From the NCBI GenBank assembly GCA_000708835.1, contig DF237441.1, forward strand, positions 1-64,000: DNA of 64,000 nucleotides. The letters run 5' to 3'. Positions within the stretch are counted from its first letter, which is position 1; each line of letters opens with the position of its first letter. Of this stretch, positions 25,540 to 37,872 are shown in pieces. The notes under the pieces are model-generated. The model saw only the letters and a list, made by a program, of their open reading frames with translations. It was not told the DNA's origin and did no database searches. The position numbers were made by a program, and so were the translations under genes. This stretch comes from Klebsormidium nitens (Eukaryota; Plantae; Klebsormidiophyceae).

Positions 25540-28500
25540 AGACCTGAGGGCGAATGTGGACGTGGTCAGTGTAAGGGAGTTTGAGCTCGGCAATATGCTT
25601 TGAAAAGGTTTTTGATTTTTCGAGGACTTCGCAGAGAACAAGCTTTTGTTTAGTCGTGCTTTTGGATGGGAGTCGCAAGACCAGAACAATTGTGGAAGAT
25701 TGTGAAGGATCGGGGACAAACTCAAGAAGAGTGATCAACGAAAGCATCGTGGGAATGAGGGTCCTCCGTGCGTCCAGGCAGGTTGCTTTCGTTTCTCCTC
25801 AGAAACTTCGAAACTATGTTCAGGGTATGGCGATTCATCAGAAGGCACAGCCTTTGAGTAATCGGAATTTTACAGAATTTTGTACGTTTTTCGAGGTCCT
25901 GCAAACGAAACTACTGATGTTCCTCGAAAAAGTCTCTGAATTCGGATCCGCGGGCGAGCAGTTTTGAGGAGGTTGAAAGTTCTTGTCAAAACGTTTGTCG
26001 ACTTGCTCGGGCCAAATGTACCCGCAGGTCTGCGAACAACCTTTTTTTTGCCACCTCATGTCTCGCCCGGCTTTCAGAAATATATCAACAAAGTTGCCAC
26101 ATTTCTTTACATCTAGTCTTTGGCATCATTTGCAGGTTGGTCGAAAGAGACTGTGGTGGAGTACGTCAAGTGCGCGTGTCATATATAGAACCAGGCGAGA
26201 CGACTAGTCTTAAAGACAGGGGAACTGATGGAAGACCGGGACAGCCTTACACGCACCTGTACTACGGCCGGAAGTTGCCGTGCTGATGAGGGGTGTGGCC
26301 TTGACTCAAATCGGAAGCAACCTTCAAGGCCAGGAAAAAACCATCTTGCCGTCGAAGGCTGACTGCAGAGGAAGTTGCAACAGCTCAGATATGTACGAGG
26401 GCGGAAAAAGAGAAGGTGGGCCTGTCGATTGTTATTCTTCGACAAACATTGCTCGAGAGAGGGCTTTACATAGGCGTACTGGATCCCCGTTGCACAGCAC
26501 CGTGACGTCTTGCATGCCCCCAAACAGGAAAAGCGTCAAGTCCGCGTCCTGGGAACCAAGCGACCCGCAATAACAATAGCGGTAAAAGGAACGCAACTGA
26601 AGCGCAGATTGAAGCTGACCAGGGAAAGGTCGACACCAGGGTTCCGATCCTCTAAACGAATATGCTCGTTACCAGACCAGTCAGTCGGTCAGAGCCAACG
26701 ATAAGATGGCGCACAATTGACAGGGTTCTGAAGGCTCAGAAACAGATGACGACTGGAGAAAGTTTCCTTACGTGCATTCAGCCGATGCTGTCAGCCGGCC
26801 GCGGCCTCGATCCTGCGGCATCCTCCTCGTAAAGCGCGCGTCAAGACCCGCCAGCTTCTCACGAAGGCCACGTTCCTGCCTTTGCCGCAAATAGGTGATG
26901 TCCTCAATTGATGACATAACAGGAATTGGTGACGTCAGCAGAACCGCCCATAATCTGATACCAAGAACCGCTCTTCGTTCCCGGGTCGAATCTGTTTGGG
27001 AACCGGGGCACGCTTCCTGAGGACCGTCTTCTCCAGCTCACGAGTGACGCATTTAAGCGTGGAATGGAAAAACCGTGACCATGATTGCACCGGCTCTTCT
27101 TCAGCTCCAGCGCACCCAGCTCTTGTCGTCCAGCTCTTGTCGTTCAGAATAGGTCACGGCTGTGCTGAAAGACTTCAAGAGAATGGCACAAGAACCTTCC
27201 GCAGCTGCTGTCACCTCACCGTGCCGCGACCGCCCGAGAGTCCTCAACGGTTGTGATGTGCTTCAACCGCCCGAGAGTCCTCAACGGTTGTGATAAGCGA
27301 ACGGTTGTGATAAGCCAGAAAACCAAAGGACAGTGAGATCGGCGAGACTCTGAAAGACCGGAGTCCAGAAGGCAAAACGCGTCACAAAGAGGTCGGCCCT
27401 GTTCCCTTGGGGAGCTTGCAGACTTCCAGCTGACAGTATAGGTTAGTCTTATCACGCTCGACAAGCCCGGGCATGCGAAGCAGACACAATAGAAGGCAGA
27501 CTATATCAGCCGGATCCGTCCCGATTCTGATCTTTGCAGCAAGCGTTGGTTCGCTGCAAATATCGACCTAAGTTTTCTAATACGTCTCCACATCTGGCGT
27601 CTGGTCAGAGGTTGGATAGGGCAAAAACACTTGAACCCTTTCAGTTTCCACCTTCATCATTACGCACTGCTCAAAGTTCTGTGAGTGGCACAAACGGACC
27701 GAGTGTTCACTATAGTCGGAGATCGCCGTGTAGATACTCACAACAAAGTGCCTCATAGGCCCGTCTCAACTTCCAAGCGGGTGGCTCATGAGGCCTACAA
27801 AGGAAGTTCGCCAGAACTGACCTTTACCCCGGCTATCCTTGCCCTGGCACGTACTTCTGCGGCAATGGCCCCCATGCTGCCAGGCCCGCATGGCACCAGC
27901 CGCGGTCGCCCCCACCCCCCTTCGCACCGCGCGCCCCAGCCCCGCTCCTCTATTCTTGTCATTTATATTAAGACCTTGCACTTGCTGGTAAGTTGTCGAG
28001 AAAAAAACCGCAGGCAACTTCGTGCTAAGAAAAGCAACTAAGCAACTAAGGTCTTTGGTATTGGGTCTCATGGTGCAAAGCGCAGAGGTTGTCCAGAACC
28101 GACTTTCTTCTTTACTTCTACTCCTCTTTAACAGATTCGTGCCAAAATAGTATTCAGCGTTCTTGATACTCTGAGGCGGAGGCAACATGAAAAAGGAGGA
28201 TGCCGCAGAGTGGAGATCCCGTTGTCCACCAGCGCTTTCTTTTAGACTAGCATTTCTGTTCCGCAGATACTTAAGATCTCCTTTGTCTAAATGCTCCTTG
28301 ACCCTGTTCTGAAAAGTTACACTCCTCTTTCAAGTTTCCAACCCTCCTTCTATGCATAACAGAAGCAGTCTGTTCCCTCAACAATGCAGAGCAATGCTTT
28401 TAACAATGCAGAGCAATCAGGTCTTTGGAGCTCAAGGGTTTCTCCTTTGTTTCCAACCAAATAATGAAAGAGCCTCACACAACGGCTCCTTAATTCATCG

Positions 28501-29305
28501 AGACAGGCCTCGCCTCCAAGCCAGAAAGCTCAACGGAAAGCTCTTACGTTTTTCAGACTCTCACGCTGACGACATGAAGCCGAGGAAAAGCGTGGAACAC
28601 CTGAGTATGGTCTTCAAATCTGAGTTCACGCCCAATAACTAAACATGAGGCTTCTATTCGCTCCAGAGTTCTGGGGAGATACACGTGCGGAACTTACCCG
28701 CCGCAAGCACGTGCTAACTTCAAAGGAGGGTGAATCTCCGGTGTCTGTTTTGAACAGGTATCACAGGTGAGGTTAAAAAACTGCCAAGGCACTCACTGCA
28801 CATTTTCCTCATGGTGTAGGTCACATACCCCGGCCCAGTCTTCGTGCCCCGCGTTTTTCCCTCAACGCCGGAACCTTTCTTGGCTCCATCTATGACCGCA
28901 CGTACACCCCCCTTGTTCTTGCCTTTCCCTCCTGCAAATGCGCCAGTCCCCTTCTCCTAGCCGCAGCGGAACCGAATTCTGGCCGTCTCCTGCTGTCCCA
29001 CCTCATATGCAATCTTTAAAGTTTTGGCCACATTTTCAAAACCTGCAGCAGGGGGATCCCCCAAGTCAGGCCCCAGCACAGCTCGACTCCCACTCCCCTC
29101 CCACTGCCCCACTGCTCTTTCCAGCGCTGCCGCCCGCCCTTGTAAACTGGCACCGGCATTGACTTATCGGAATACCACTTTGCTGCGGCTCTGATTCGTC
29201 CTCCGGATTGTAGAGTGCAGCTTGCAATGCCATTCTTCCCCCTGCAAACCTGTTCAGCCGTCCTTCTCTGCTAGTGGCCTCTGCTAGCTGCTTGTTCGTT
29301 GTCAT
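25540..29305 (-). pseudogene. Probable decayed multi-exon gene of unknown function
   Basis: ATG at 29305 (MTTNKQLAEATSREGRLNRF...) with a donor near 29175. Further exon-like blocks near 29120-29045, 28930-28795, 26910-26770 and 25750-25545, with stops and frame breaks. TATA-like TATAAATA on the minus strand at 29472-29465. Confidence 0.3.
27229..27315 (+). repeat. Short tandem duplications (29-bp x2 plus 16-bp x2, overlapping)
   Basis: ACCGCCCGAGAGTCCTCAACGGTTGTGAT at 27229 and 27266; AACGGTTGTGATAAGC repeated up to 27315. Confidence 0.85.
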
Positions 29306-29464
29306 TCACTGCTTGATTTAGCCCTAGGTTGCGTGAAGGTTTTCTGCACTTTGCACCCTTTGCATGGCCTTTGAGTCTGACATTCCATTGAACTTGAACT
29401 TGAACTTGAAGCTAGGAAATCGCCATTCTCATGACTAGTCGACTCTATGCTGACGAAGGGGCGC

Positions 29465-29472
29465 TATTTATA
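29465..29472 (-). promoter_or_regulatory. TATA-box-like element upstream of the 29305 ATG
   Basis: TATAAATA on the minus strand about 160 bp upstream of the putative start. Confidence 0.35.
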
Positions 29473-31645
29473 CCGTCGGATGCTGTGCTTTGATACATGG
29501 ACGGTGTAGGTATATGAGTTTCGATATGCACATGCCACACCCTGACCTTAATCTTTTGGAGAAAGCCTCCCGCTGCTAGTTGCTAGCTCGCAAACTGGAG
29601 CTCCTCTGGACAGACTGCCTCATGATCATGCCTGAGCACTCAGGAGCTTGCATTTGCAAATTGCAAGGAGAGAGAATTTCTCATGTGCCACTGCTGGCAA
29701 AGTGAAGGCTGAAGGAGGCGAAGGTTGAAGGAGGCTTTGAAGGCCTGATCGATTGCCAAGAAGATCTGGTCACAATGTATGTAAGATGCACAATGTGAAG
29801 TCTTAGGAAGGTGGGAAACCTCAAGAAGTTGCTTAGAGAAAATTGCTACAAGTGCCTAAAGCTTTGGCACCACCATCAGCAGAGTGTCATGAGGGTGCTG
29901 AGGCCGGACCGAAGATAATGTGATTGAAAGTTGTAAACATCTGAGAATTTTGCGGAGGTCTTGCCAATCAGGGTCAAGAGAGAAAGGTCAGGAGACACTG
30001 GATTACCCTAGCATTTTTAAAATCTGGCAGTCCTTGGCTCGCGCCAACATGCGAGCGTGCTGAGAGAAGCAGGCCTTGCAATGCAGGCATATGTTCCGGC
30101 TGCTATTTGAGATTAGGGTAAGCACCAGATACGCAATCAGGTGTTGAAAGTTGTGGCGCAGGGGCTTGATACTTTGTCTAGCAAAGTGCGTGTCGGAAGC
30201 GCATATTCTTACTTGATTGATATGATATAAGTCCCTGCTGTGCCAAAGTGGCGACTATATTGTGATCTTGTCAAGAAATAAGGTCTATCAATGGAAGCAA
30301 GTAAATGCAGACCAAAGTGAGCATTAATAGAGCGTTTTCACAGCATCAATTGTCTGCTTTTCGTGTTTGGCTCCTTTCCTTGCGCCACTTGCTTTGTCAG
30401 CTTAATTGTTTTATTGTCAATGCAGAACTGTGCTTGGTAGTGATGATAAGAAAGATTTGTACATTGAAGGATATTCCTACAAAGTCTTGAGCACCTGCTT
30501 GTCATTTGCGCCTCTTTCCTGTCAAATGCCATCATCACAAATGCAAATTGATGCTTCAGGATAGGCCACTGCCTCACACTTCGACCATGCAACACCTTCA
30601 GAACTGCCTCTTTCATATTCAGGGAGCACGGCCAGCAATTGCATCCATGCTTGAAGGATGTTTAGGCCGGTGGCTTCATTTGAGCCCTTGGTGTGCCGCT
30701 CAATGGAGGCAAGCCCTCTACTAGCAGCATGATGCTGCCAGAGGTAAGCACAGCTCCAAGGTTATGCCATGGCCAAGTTTTAGCGTGCGTTGCAACTCTT
30801 GCGGTTGTAATCAGAGCAAGATTGACCCTGCAAATATGCAATTTAACACAGTCTTTGCCAGTATAGGCCCTATCATTACAGTCTAGCCTATGCGTCAGTT
30901 GTGAATGCTTGCAGCCAGCTTCTGGTAGGTACTTTGAAAAGGGCCTGTACATACCCCTCGTTGTCAGAGGGGTATTTGATTATTTGCATACTTGATGTTG
31001 GAAGTTCGCTTCGAGATGAAATAGTATACCGTTGCAAATGCTCAAGCTGACAAAACGCGGAAAGCTGACTGTTTCTTTTGTATCTGTTATTGCGAATAAT
31101 AAGGCTGACATTTCAAGAAGGTTGTTGTTTCATCTCTGTTGCGTTGCTGCCCCAAGGGATTGGATCGGGTGCTTTAAACAACGGACTTCAGGAAAAGGAA
31201 TTTTTTGCTGATGCATTTTTGCTATTCAAGAATGCTGGGAACCAGTTCAGCATCTGTCTGACTTCCCACCTGTTTAATTGTCAAAAGAGCAGAGTAGATC
31301 CTTTCACATAAACTTCCAGCTCTTCTTACAACTTGCTTTTGAGATGTGGCTGTGGATAGATGCAATCTTTTCCCATGTATGGCCACCCTCAATAGAGGTC
31401 AACTCCAAGCATCTTTCAACATTTCTCTTATTTGCATTGCCTATCCTTTCAAGCAGCCGCTCATGTCAATCTCTGCCGGTGTCTGATCAAGAAGGTAGCT
31501 CGATAACCCCGATTTCTTTCCTCATGTTCAGTCTTGCTGTCTCCCTTCGTACAGATGACATCATTGCCCCCCTGCCTTCAATTGCGCTTTTTTTACTTGT
31601 CTTTTACTTTTCCTTTCAGCAGAGCTTGTCCAGCATCCAAGCAGG

Positions 31646-34600
31646 ATGAACAACACCATGGCTGGCCCCTCTTCCGAGCACCTGTTCCCAAGGACATTCC
31701 AGACCACACCCGCCCTCAACAGCCATCGATGCCGAGTCTGCAAGAGAAAGAAGAGCGATCCCTGGTTTGTCCTGTTAGAGGACGACTCGAACCTGGTTTG
31801 CGAACTCTGCCAGCGGAAGCAGACGAAACCTGCCCCAGTGTCCGCTCTCAGCCAGCCGAGCCTGCTTCGTCCCCCAACCACATGCAGGAACCAGAACCAG
31901 CCGAAGCCCCCCTCAGAAATGAGGTCGTCCAGAACAGCGGCGAGGTGACCGGCAGCATCCCTCTGCACCCCGAGGCGCCGATTGCGCAGGCGAATGTACG
32001 GCGCAGGCGCTTGGCGGGGGAGCAAGCGGCTGCGGTGGAGGCGCTTGGCACCTCGCTGGGGCCTGAAATTTCTCTAGGGGGACCAGTCATGGCTGAGGGT
32101 CGTCTGGGGGATCCCTCTCTCGGCGAGCGGGTCAGCGACGCGGCCGGGCAGTCAGTGGGGCAGCAGGAGAGTGCACCGGACGAGGGAGAAGAGACAGGGG
32201 GAGTTGGCGGACTGCAAGAGGGGGGGGAGCATGATTGGGATGGTGTGGGAGGCGACGGGCCCATCGGCGGTGCTCGACGGTGGGGACTCATCTCGGGCGC
32301 TAGAAGGGGCCAGCGGCGCAGTCGGAAAAGTGGTGAGAGGGGGCCGGTGAGTGACTCGCTGACGTCAGCAGGAGGGCCCCCCGATTTCGCGGGCGCAGAA
32401 GGGCCTGTGAGACAATCGAAACAGGGGCCACCGGGAGTCGGCCAGGACGTGCGAGGAAAGAACAAGTCACTTGCTGAGATTGAAAAGCTGCCCGACGATA
32501 GTGCGGGGCAGGCTGAGGGGTCAGTTTTTACTGAAGAGAAGCAGTGCGCCGAGTGCAGGACGACGAAGTGTAAGCGCTGGTGTGAAGATCTGAAGGGGGG
32601 GTTCAAGTGCGAGAAATGCTACATGAGGGGGAACGAGACGAGCGGGGGAGGTCGACCTGCGCGCGGGACAGAGAAAATGGAGGAGGTGGATATTCGGACA
32701 CCTGAGTCGGGCAGGAAGAAGCCCGCGCAGACAGCAAAAGAAGGCGGTGGCCCCAGGGGTCTCCCGGGCGCGAACAGGAAGGCGGGAAGCGGAAGCCCAA
32801 GAGAGCCTTGTTCAACGAACCAGAGCGCCCCCGGAAGAAACGGCACGCTTCGGCTGCGGAAGCGGAGGTTTACGGAGTTCCCCTGGACAGCACGCTCGTG
32901 AACAGGCGGGTGGAAATCTGGTGGCCTCTTGACGAAAGGTAAGGTTCTGCCCTCTCTTTCGTCTTCTTGACCTGTCAGATTGCGTATACATTTTGGACTC
33001 CTTTCCCTGCAATGCGTTGAAACGACCTGTAAATTCGTTGCTCTCTCTGTCTCTCTTTTGTTGTCTTCCGAACATTTCATCTTTAAACGTTACTTTCAAA
33101 TGAGGAATAGAATCCAAAGCTTCCTTTGTAATAGCCCCTGCTCGTTCGTCTCAAAACGACCGGTTCCGAGAGATGTGCGCCGCATCGCCCGTTTTTTAGA
33201 GGCCTCTTTGTTCTGATGATTTTAGCGCGACTTCTTTCTGCTCGTCACACAAAGATTCACGTGTCCACGTAATATCTGCTTGGATTGTTACGCGGAGAAT
33301 GGCTGACGCCGACGACTCTTGATCCCTTGCTTCGTCGCACCCGGATGATTCTCCGTCCTGGGTCTGACGAGCGCCTTTGCGGTGTCGCAGGTACTACGCC
33401 GGGCGGGTCACCCAGTTTGTGAGCGGCAACAAGCGGCATGAGGTACGAGTACTTCCCTTTCAAGTTGATCGCGTTGCTGGTTGTAGATAACCAACCTGCA
33501 AAGTTGTCGTCGCTTCTACTGAAACTCTTCTTCGTTTGAGTTTCATCTGGCAGGTGGGGACGAGCCAACACGTTCTTTGTTCCGCGCATTCTCTGTCTGC
33601 TCCGTCGCAATCCTTAAAACGTGCAGACCTCCTGTGCAAGAGTAGCTTTCGAATGCATAGCGAAGAGGCTCAGGCTCAAAAGGAAGATCGACACCGTCCA
33701 CTTCTGAAGCGACCCTGGTATTTTTGTGAGAAGCAATTAAAGCATACCGCAGTCAGTTAGCAGAGTGCACATACCAGTTTGCCTGAGGCTTTTTCTCGTT
33801 GACGTTGGTATCGGTTCTCGTATCCGCGAGATCCGTAGTGGCCCGATCTCTAACACAGAACATATAAGGTATTGCAAATACTCTATGACGACGGAGACCT
33901 AGAGACAGTAAAATTCGCAAAGGAGCGCTGGAAGCTCGTAGAGGAGGAGGACAAGAACGAGAGCGGAGAAAAGAGCAAGGTGGAGGAAGAGGGGTCACAG
34001 AAAACGGAATACTTCAGAGGTGAGGCTGAGGGGGAGGGGGAGCCCAACGGACAAGGGCGTAACAATGAGGTCACGGCGCTCGCGCAGACAGTGCTGGGGC
34101 CGGGTCACGCAGTCGCTTCCTCGAAGAGGATCAAGGTGACTCCCAAGCGGCCGCGCGAAAACGGCCAAACTACTGCGGGGACGAAGAAGAAGAAGAGCCG
34201 GCGCGGAGAGGGTGATCGAGGGGGGCCTCCAAAGAGCGCCGGTTCGGCAGGGGGGGAGGCAAAGCTAGTCACATTTACGGATGGGGGGGGCGGCGACACG
34301 CTTGGGCCTGGGCCTGTGGGACCACCTCCTGCGGAACATCTGGAGATCTTGCGCCACATTTTTGAAATGACGTCTGAGATGGAGAGGGACGGATGCTCGA
34401 GCGGCGGGACAGTGGGCGGTCAGAGACCACGCAGCGGCAAAGGGGCGGGAGAGCGAGAGAATGGCGAAGTTGAGGCTGTCGCGAGGGCGACGGAAAAGCG
34501 ACTTGGCGCTGCGGAGCGTGAGGCCGCTGGTGGAGAAGCTGGGCCGGAGACGCTGTCTTCCGAGGAGCTGCCCTCCGCAAGCCTGGTGAGGAAGGATTCT

Positions 34601-37600
34601 ACGTGGAACGTTTTTTTTCCTAATTTGGATGGATAATGCCAGGGCGCAGCTTTACTGGGTTTGGACGTGTGTCTGCTGTAACCGGATGTTGCCTTAATCA
34701 CTAATCATGGACTTCTGCATCACATCGACAGATCCTTGCTGACCTGATTGTTCAATCTCCGCAAAAGCTCTCTGCCGGCGCCGGCTTCCTGTTGTCTACC
34801 GTTTGACTCTGCCACGGTGCCTTTCGTACGTACCGGTTTTACAACTTCGAAAGCTGACATCTCTGCATGGTCTGACTCTGCGGCCCGGCTCAACGTCTCT
34901 CTCGTTCGGGCTGCCGACCACACGGTCGTTAATTTCAGGAAAGGAGCGTCCTGTCCAGCGCGTAGAGAGTGTTATTGAGTCAGGAAAGATCCGAATCCCG
35001 ATGTGCACAGGACGAGAGATCACTTCTAGGAGGTTCCTTCTTTGTGCGTGAAACGATTGTTTGATTGACGTGTTTAGGGAGTGGGTAAATTTGGTCTATG
35101 CATGGTGAAATGTCTCCTTCCTTGAAGAGAGTGCATCTCGAACGACACGACTTTGTCATTGGCCTGAGACTGGAAGACAGAACCAATACGTCGCTGTCCT
35201 TTGCTTTAGAGAAGCACCAAATGCACGTGTTTGGATGCAAGATCTTCACATTCTGATGCCTACGCAAGCTGCGCAGCAGAAAAAAGTTCCGAGAGCTCCG
35301 ATTGGCGTCCGTATTTCAGATTAAATGCTCCAAAGACTGTTCCCGTTTTCTTCGACTCAACCAGTTCGCTGAAAGTCGCTGAAGTTTGGCAGATTCCTTG
35401 TTACGGTCGTGCCTCACATCGCAAATGCTTGACGTGCTTAGTCTTCTGATTGCTTCTTCAGTCTGGAGAGCTGCAGATCTTCTATTGAGTTCGCTGGAGC
35501 GAACCAGGAGAGCAATACGCGCAAGTTGGTGCTTGATGCAGTCTTCGCTCAACCCTTCGTGCGCTACCTTACAGGCGCAAGTGCACTTCGCGCCCTCCAA
35601 TCGCTCCGACTGCCCCCGACATGAAGCGCCCAGCCCAATTTTTTCGGGTGCAGCGAATCTTCGGGTCATTCCTGAAGAAGTAGTCGGGACTTTCTCCCGG
35701 GGGACAGCGGATGCCGGAACAGGAGCACCCAGGGAACCCGTCTCACCAGCTGTCCTGGACAAAGGTGTGGGCAAACCGGGTGTGGACAAGCAGCCCCGTT
35801 ATTGCAAGCAGGGAGTCAGAAAGAAGAAGGAATTTGAGGTCGCTGGGAAGCCCGGGCAAGGGGAGCGGAGGAGGGGTGTCAGAGGACGGCAGGCTGCTGA
35901 GGAGGCCCCGGAACCGATGCTCGGGTCAGCGGAGCTGGCGGGGAAGAAAGAGACGAGAGGCATGTCTTTGGCCGGAACTGCAGGAGGAGAGAAAGAGGGG
36001 TCTGCCGAGGACCCGGGGTTGAACGACGGAACGGCTGAACAACAGAACGGAAGAGCGCTCCAGCAGGTCAACCGAGACGAGGGGGCTGCGGTTCCAGTAA
36101 GTGCACCGAAAGCACGGGCTGAGGTAGGGGTGACGTCACGGAAAGCAAGGAGAGCAATGGTTCCGGTGCAGAACGAAGAGTTTGGTGCCGATCGCACGGA
36201 GCAAGCGAATGAAGCAGACGGAAACGCCTCACCGGTCGGAACGGAAACGGAATTCGCTGAGGATGGGACGGCTGCGTTTGGAGAGTGTGAAAAGGCGGAC
36301 GTAGTGACGCAGGGGGCCGTCAGATTTGACGCTGGCGAATCTGCGGAAGGGCCAGTGGAAGGGCGGGTGTCCGGAGCGGTTGTCCAAACGGAAGCAGACG
36401 AGAGAGGCTTGCCGACAGTGGGCAGGGACAATTCTTGGGGAAATGCTGACGTGGCGGCGAGAGAGGGGTCTGACGTGGCGCCGGGCGTGGGTCCTGGGGT
36501 TGGAAAAGGAGGGGGTGGTGACGTCACTGATGATGGCGGTGCTGACTGTGACATGGAGGAGGCGGCTAAGGGCGGGGCGGGAAGAAGCGATTGCGAGGCT
36601 GCAGGGAACACGGCTGAGAGGGGAAGCGCCGAGAAGAAGACGTCAGTGGAGGATCTCTCAGCTATCATTGAGCGGGAGATTCGCGAGAGAGAGCGGGTCA
36701 TTGAGGAGAGCGCGCCGCCCGGGGGCCCCCTGCCGTTGGAAGATGGGGGCGGCGACGTTCTGGCAGAGAGGCCCGCTGACGTCACTGCAAAAACGGACGG
36801 CGGAGGGGAGGCCGGATCTGGTGCAAGCGGAAAAGAGCAGGTGCGGGGGAGCGGCTCCAGTAGCGTACGGAAAACGAAAGAAGAAGAAGAAGGGGCGGGT
36901 TCCGCGCTGATGGGAGAAGGGAAAGGACCGCGGCCGGCCGTTGCAGGAGGCGGAGTGAAGTTTGGGTCTGGCACCCAAGTCGTGGCAGCGAATGGAGAAG
37001 GAGAAGAAGTGGCGCGGAGCAATACGAAGACTGGGGCGCGGGAAGCAGAGGCGCGGAATGGAGCCGAGCAGACTGCGGCGGCAGGAGTTTCAAGTCCAGC
37101 CCAAAACGGTCGAACGGGAACAAGAAGCACGGAAAACGGCGGAGGACCTATTCGAGGGAGTGAGAGGACAAATGCAAGGATGGAACAGCCCCAGTCCGAT
37201 AATCCGGCCCCTGAGAGCGGTCCGTCTCAAGTTCCGCAGCAAACAGCGGAAGGCGGAGGGCGGTGTGTGGTCAGCGTAGAGGGAGCTCCCGAGAGCAGCG
37301 TTCCTGGTGATGCCACGTGTCTGCCGAAGAATGGCCCAGAAACGGGACCCCTCAGTGCGGCGGGTGCCCAGCAATTCCAGTCAGGCGCGGGCGCTCCCCC
37401 TCGGACAGCGCATCCGGCCACGCGCTCGGCGTCCGAACGCGGGGCCCCTTCTGAGCAGCGCGCCGGAGGCGGGTCCGCCCCCTCCCCCCGGGGACTGTCC
37501 GCGCGCTCGGAGATCGTCTCCGGGGCGAATGTAAAGACCAGGCCTAAGGTTGTCGTCGCCGTCAGGGGCTTGATCGAAGCCACTCAGGAGTCGGGCCGAG

Positions 37601-37872
37601 CGTTCCTTGCGGGGCTGGAGACGCTTCTCCAAGCAGTGGAGCCCCTAATGCAGAGGCAGGGACTCAGGGGAGTGGGCACAACAGCCTTCCAGATTGCAGC
37701 CCCGAGCTCCGGGCGAGTCGCTGAGCGTTTCGCCCCCCGGGCCACGCCTGCCGAGAGCTCCGGCCAGGGCACCACCGCGGTGGGCCTTCCTGGGGCGACG
37801 CGGGATGACGTCAGCGGCGGCCGGGCCGAAGGGTCTGGCAGGGGTGGGGCGGCTCTGCAGGCGAAGTGCTGA
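31646..37872 (+). pseudogene. Large chromatin-type gene: two GATA-like C4 zinc fingers, a plant-type Tudor domain and long disordered regions (~1,450 aa); two frameshifts
   Basis: ZF1 CRVC-x19-CELC (31730-31810); ZF2 CAEC-x17-CEKC (32545-32619). The Tudor domain is split over phase-consistent exons ...32938, 33391-33442 and 33869-34585: LVNRRVEIWWPLDER|YYAGRVTQFVSGNKRHE|VLQILYDDGDLETVKFAKERWKLV. Last exon 35575-37872 is G/A/E-rich. Frame changes at ~31830-31860 and ~32785. Confidence 0.75.

Noticed and set aside
25720-25800. PHSHDAFVDH resembling the tyrosine-recombinase HxLRH motif
   Set aside because: Lacks the catalytic Arg, is followed by a stop, and has no upstream Arg box.
29388-29410. 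(TTGAAC)n microsatellite
   Set aside because: Fewer than 4 units; unremarkable.
31848-32606. 252-aa minus-strand ORF
   Set aside because: Antisense of the exon holding the second zinc finger.
35799-37130. 443-aa minus-strand Ser/Pro/Ala-rich ORF and other overlapping ORFs
   Set aside because: Antisense shadows of the GC-rich last exon of the ZF-Tudor gene; no domain signal.
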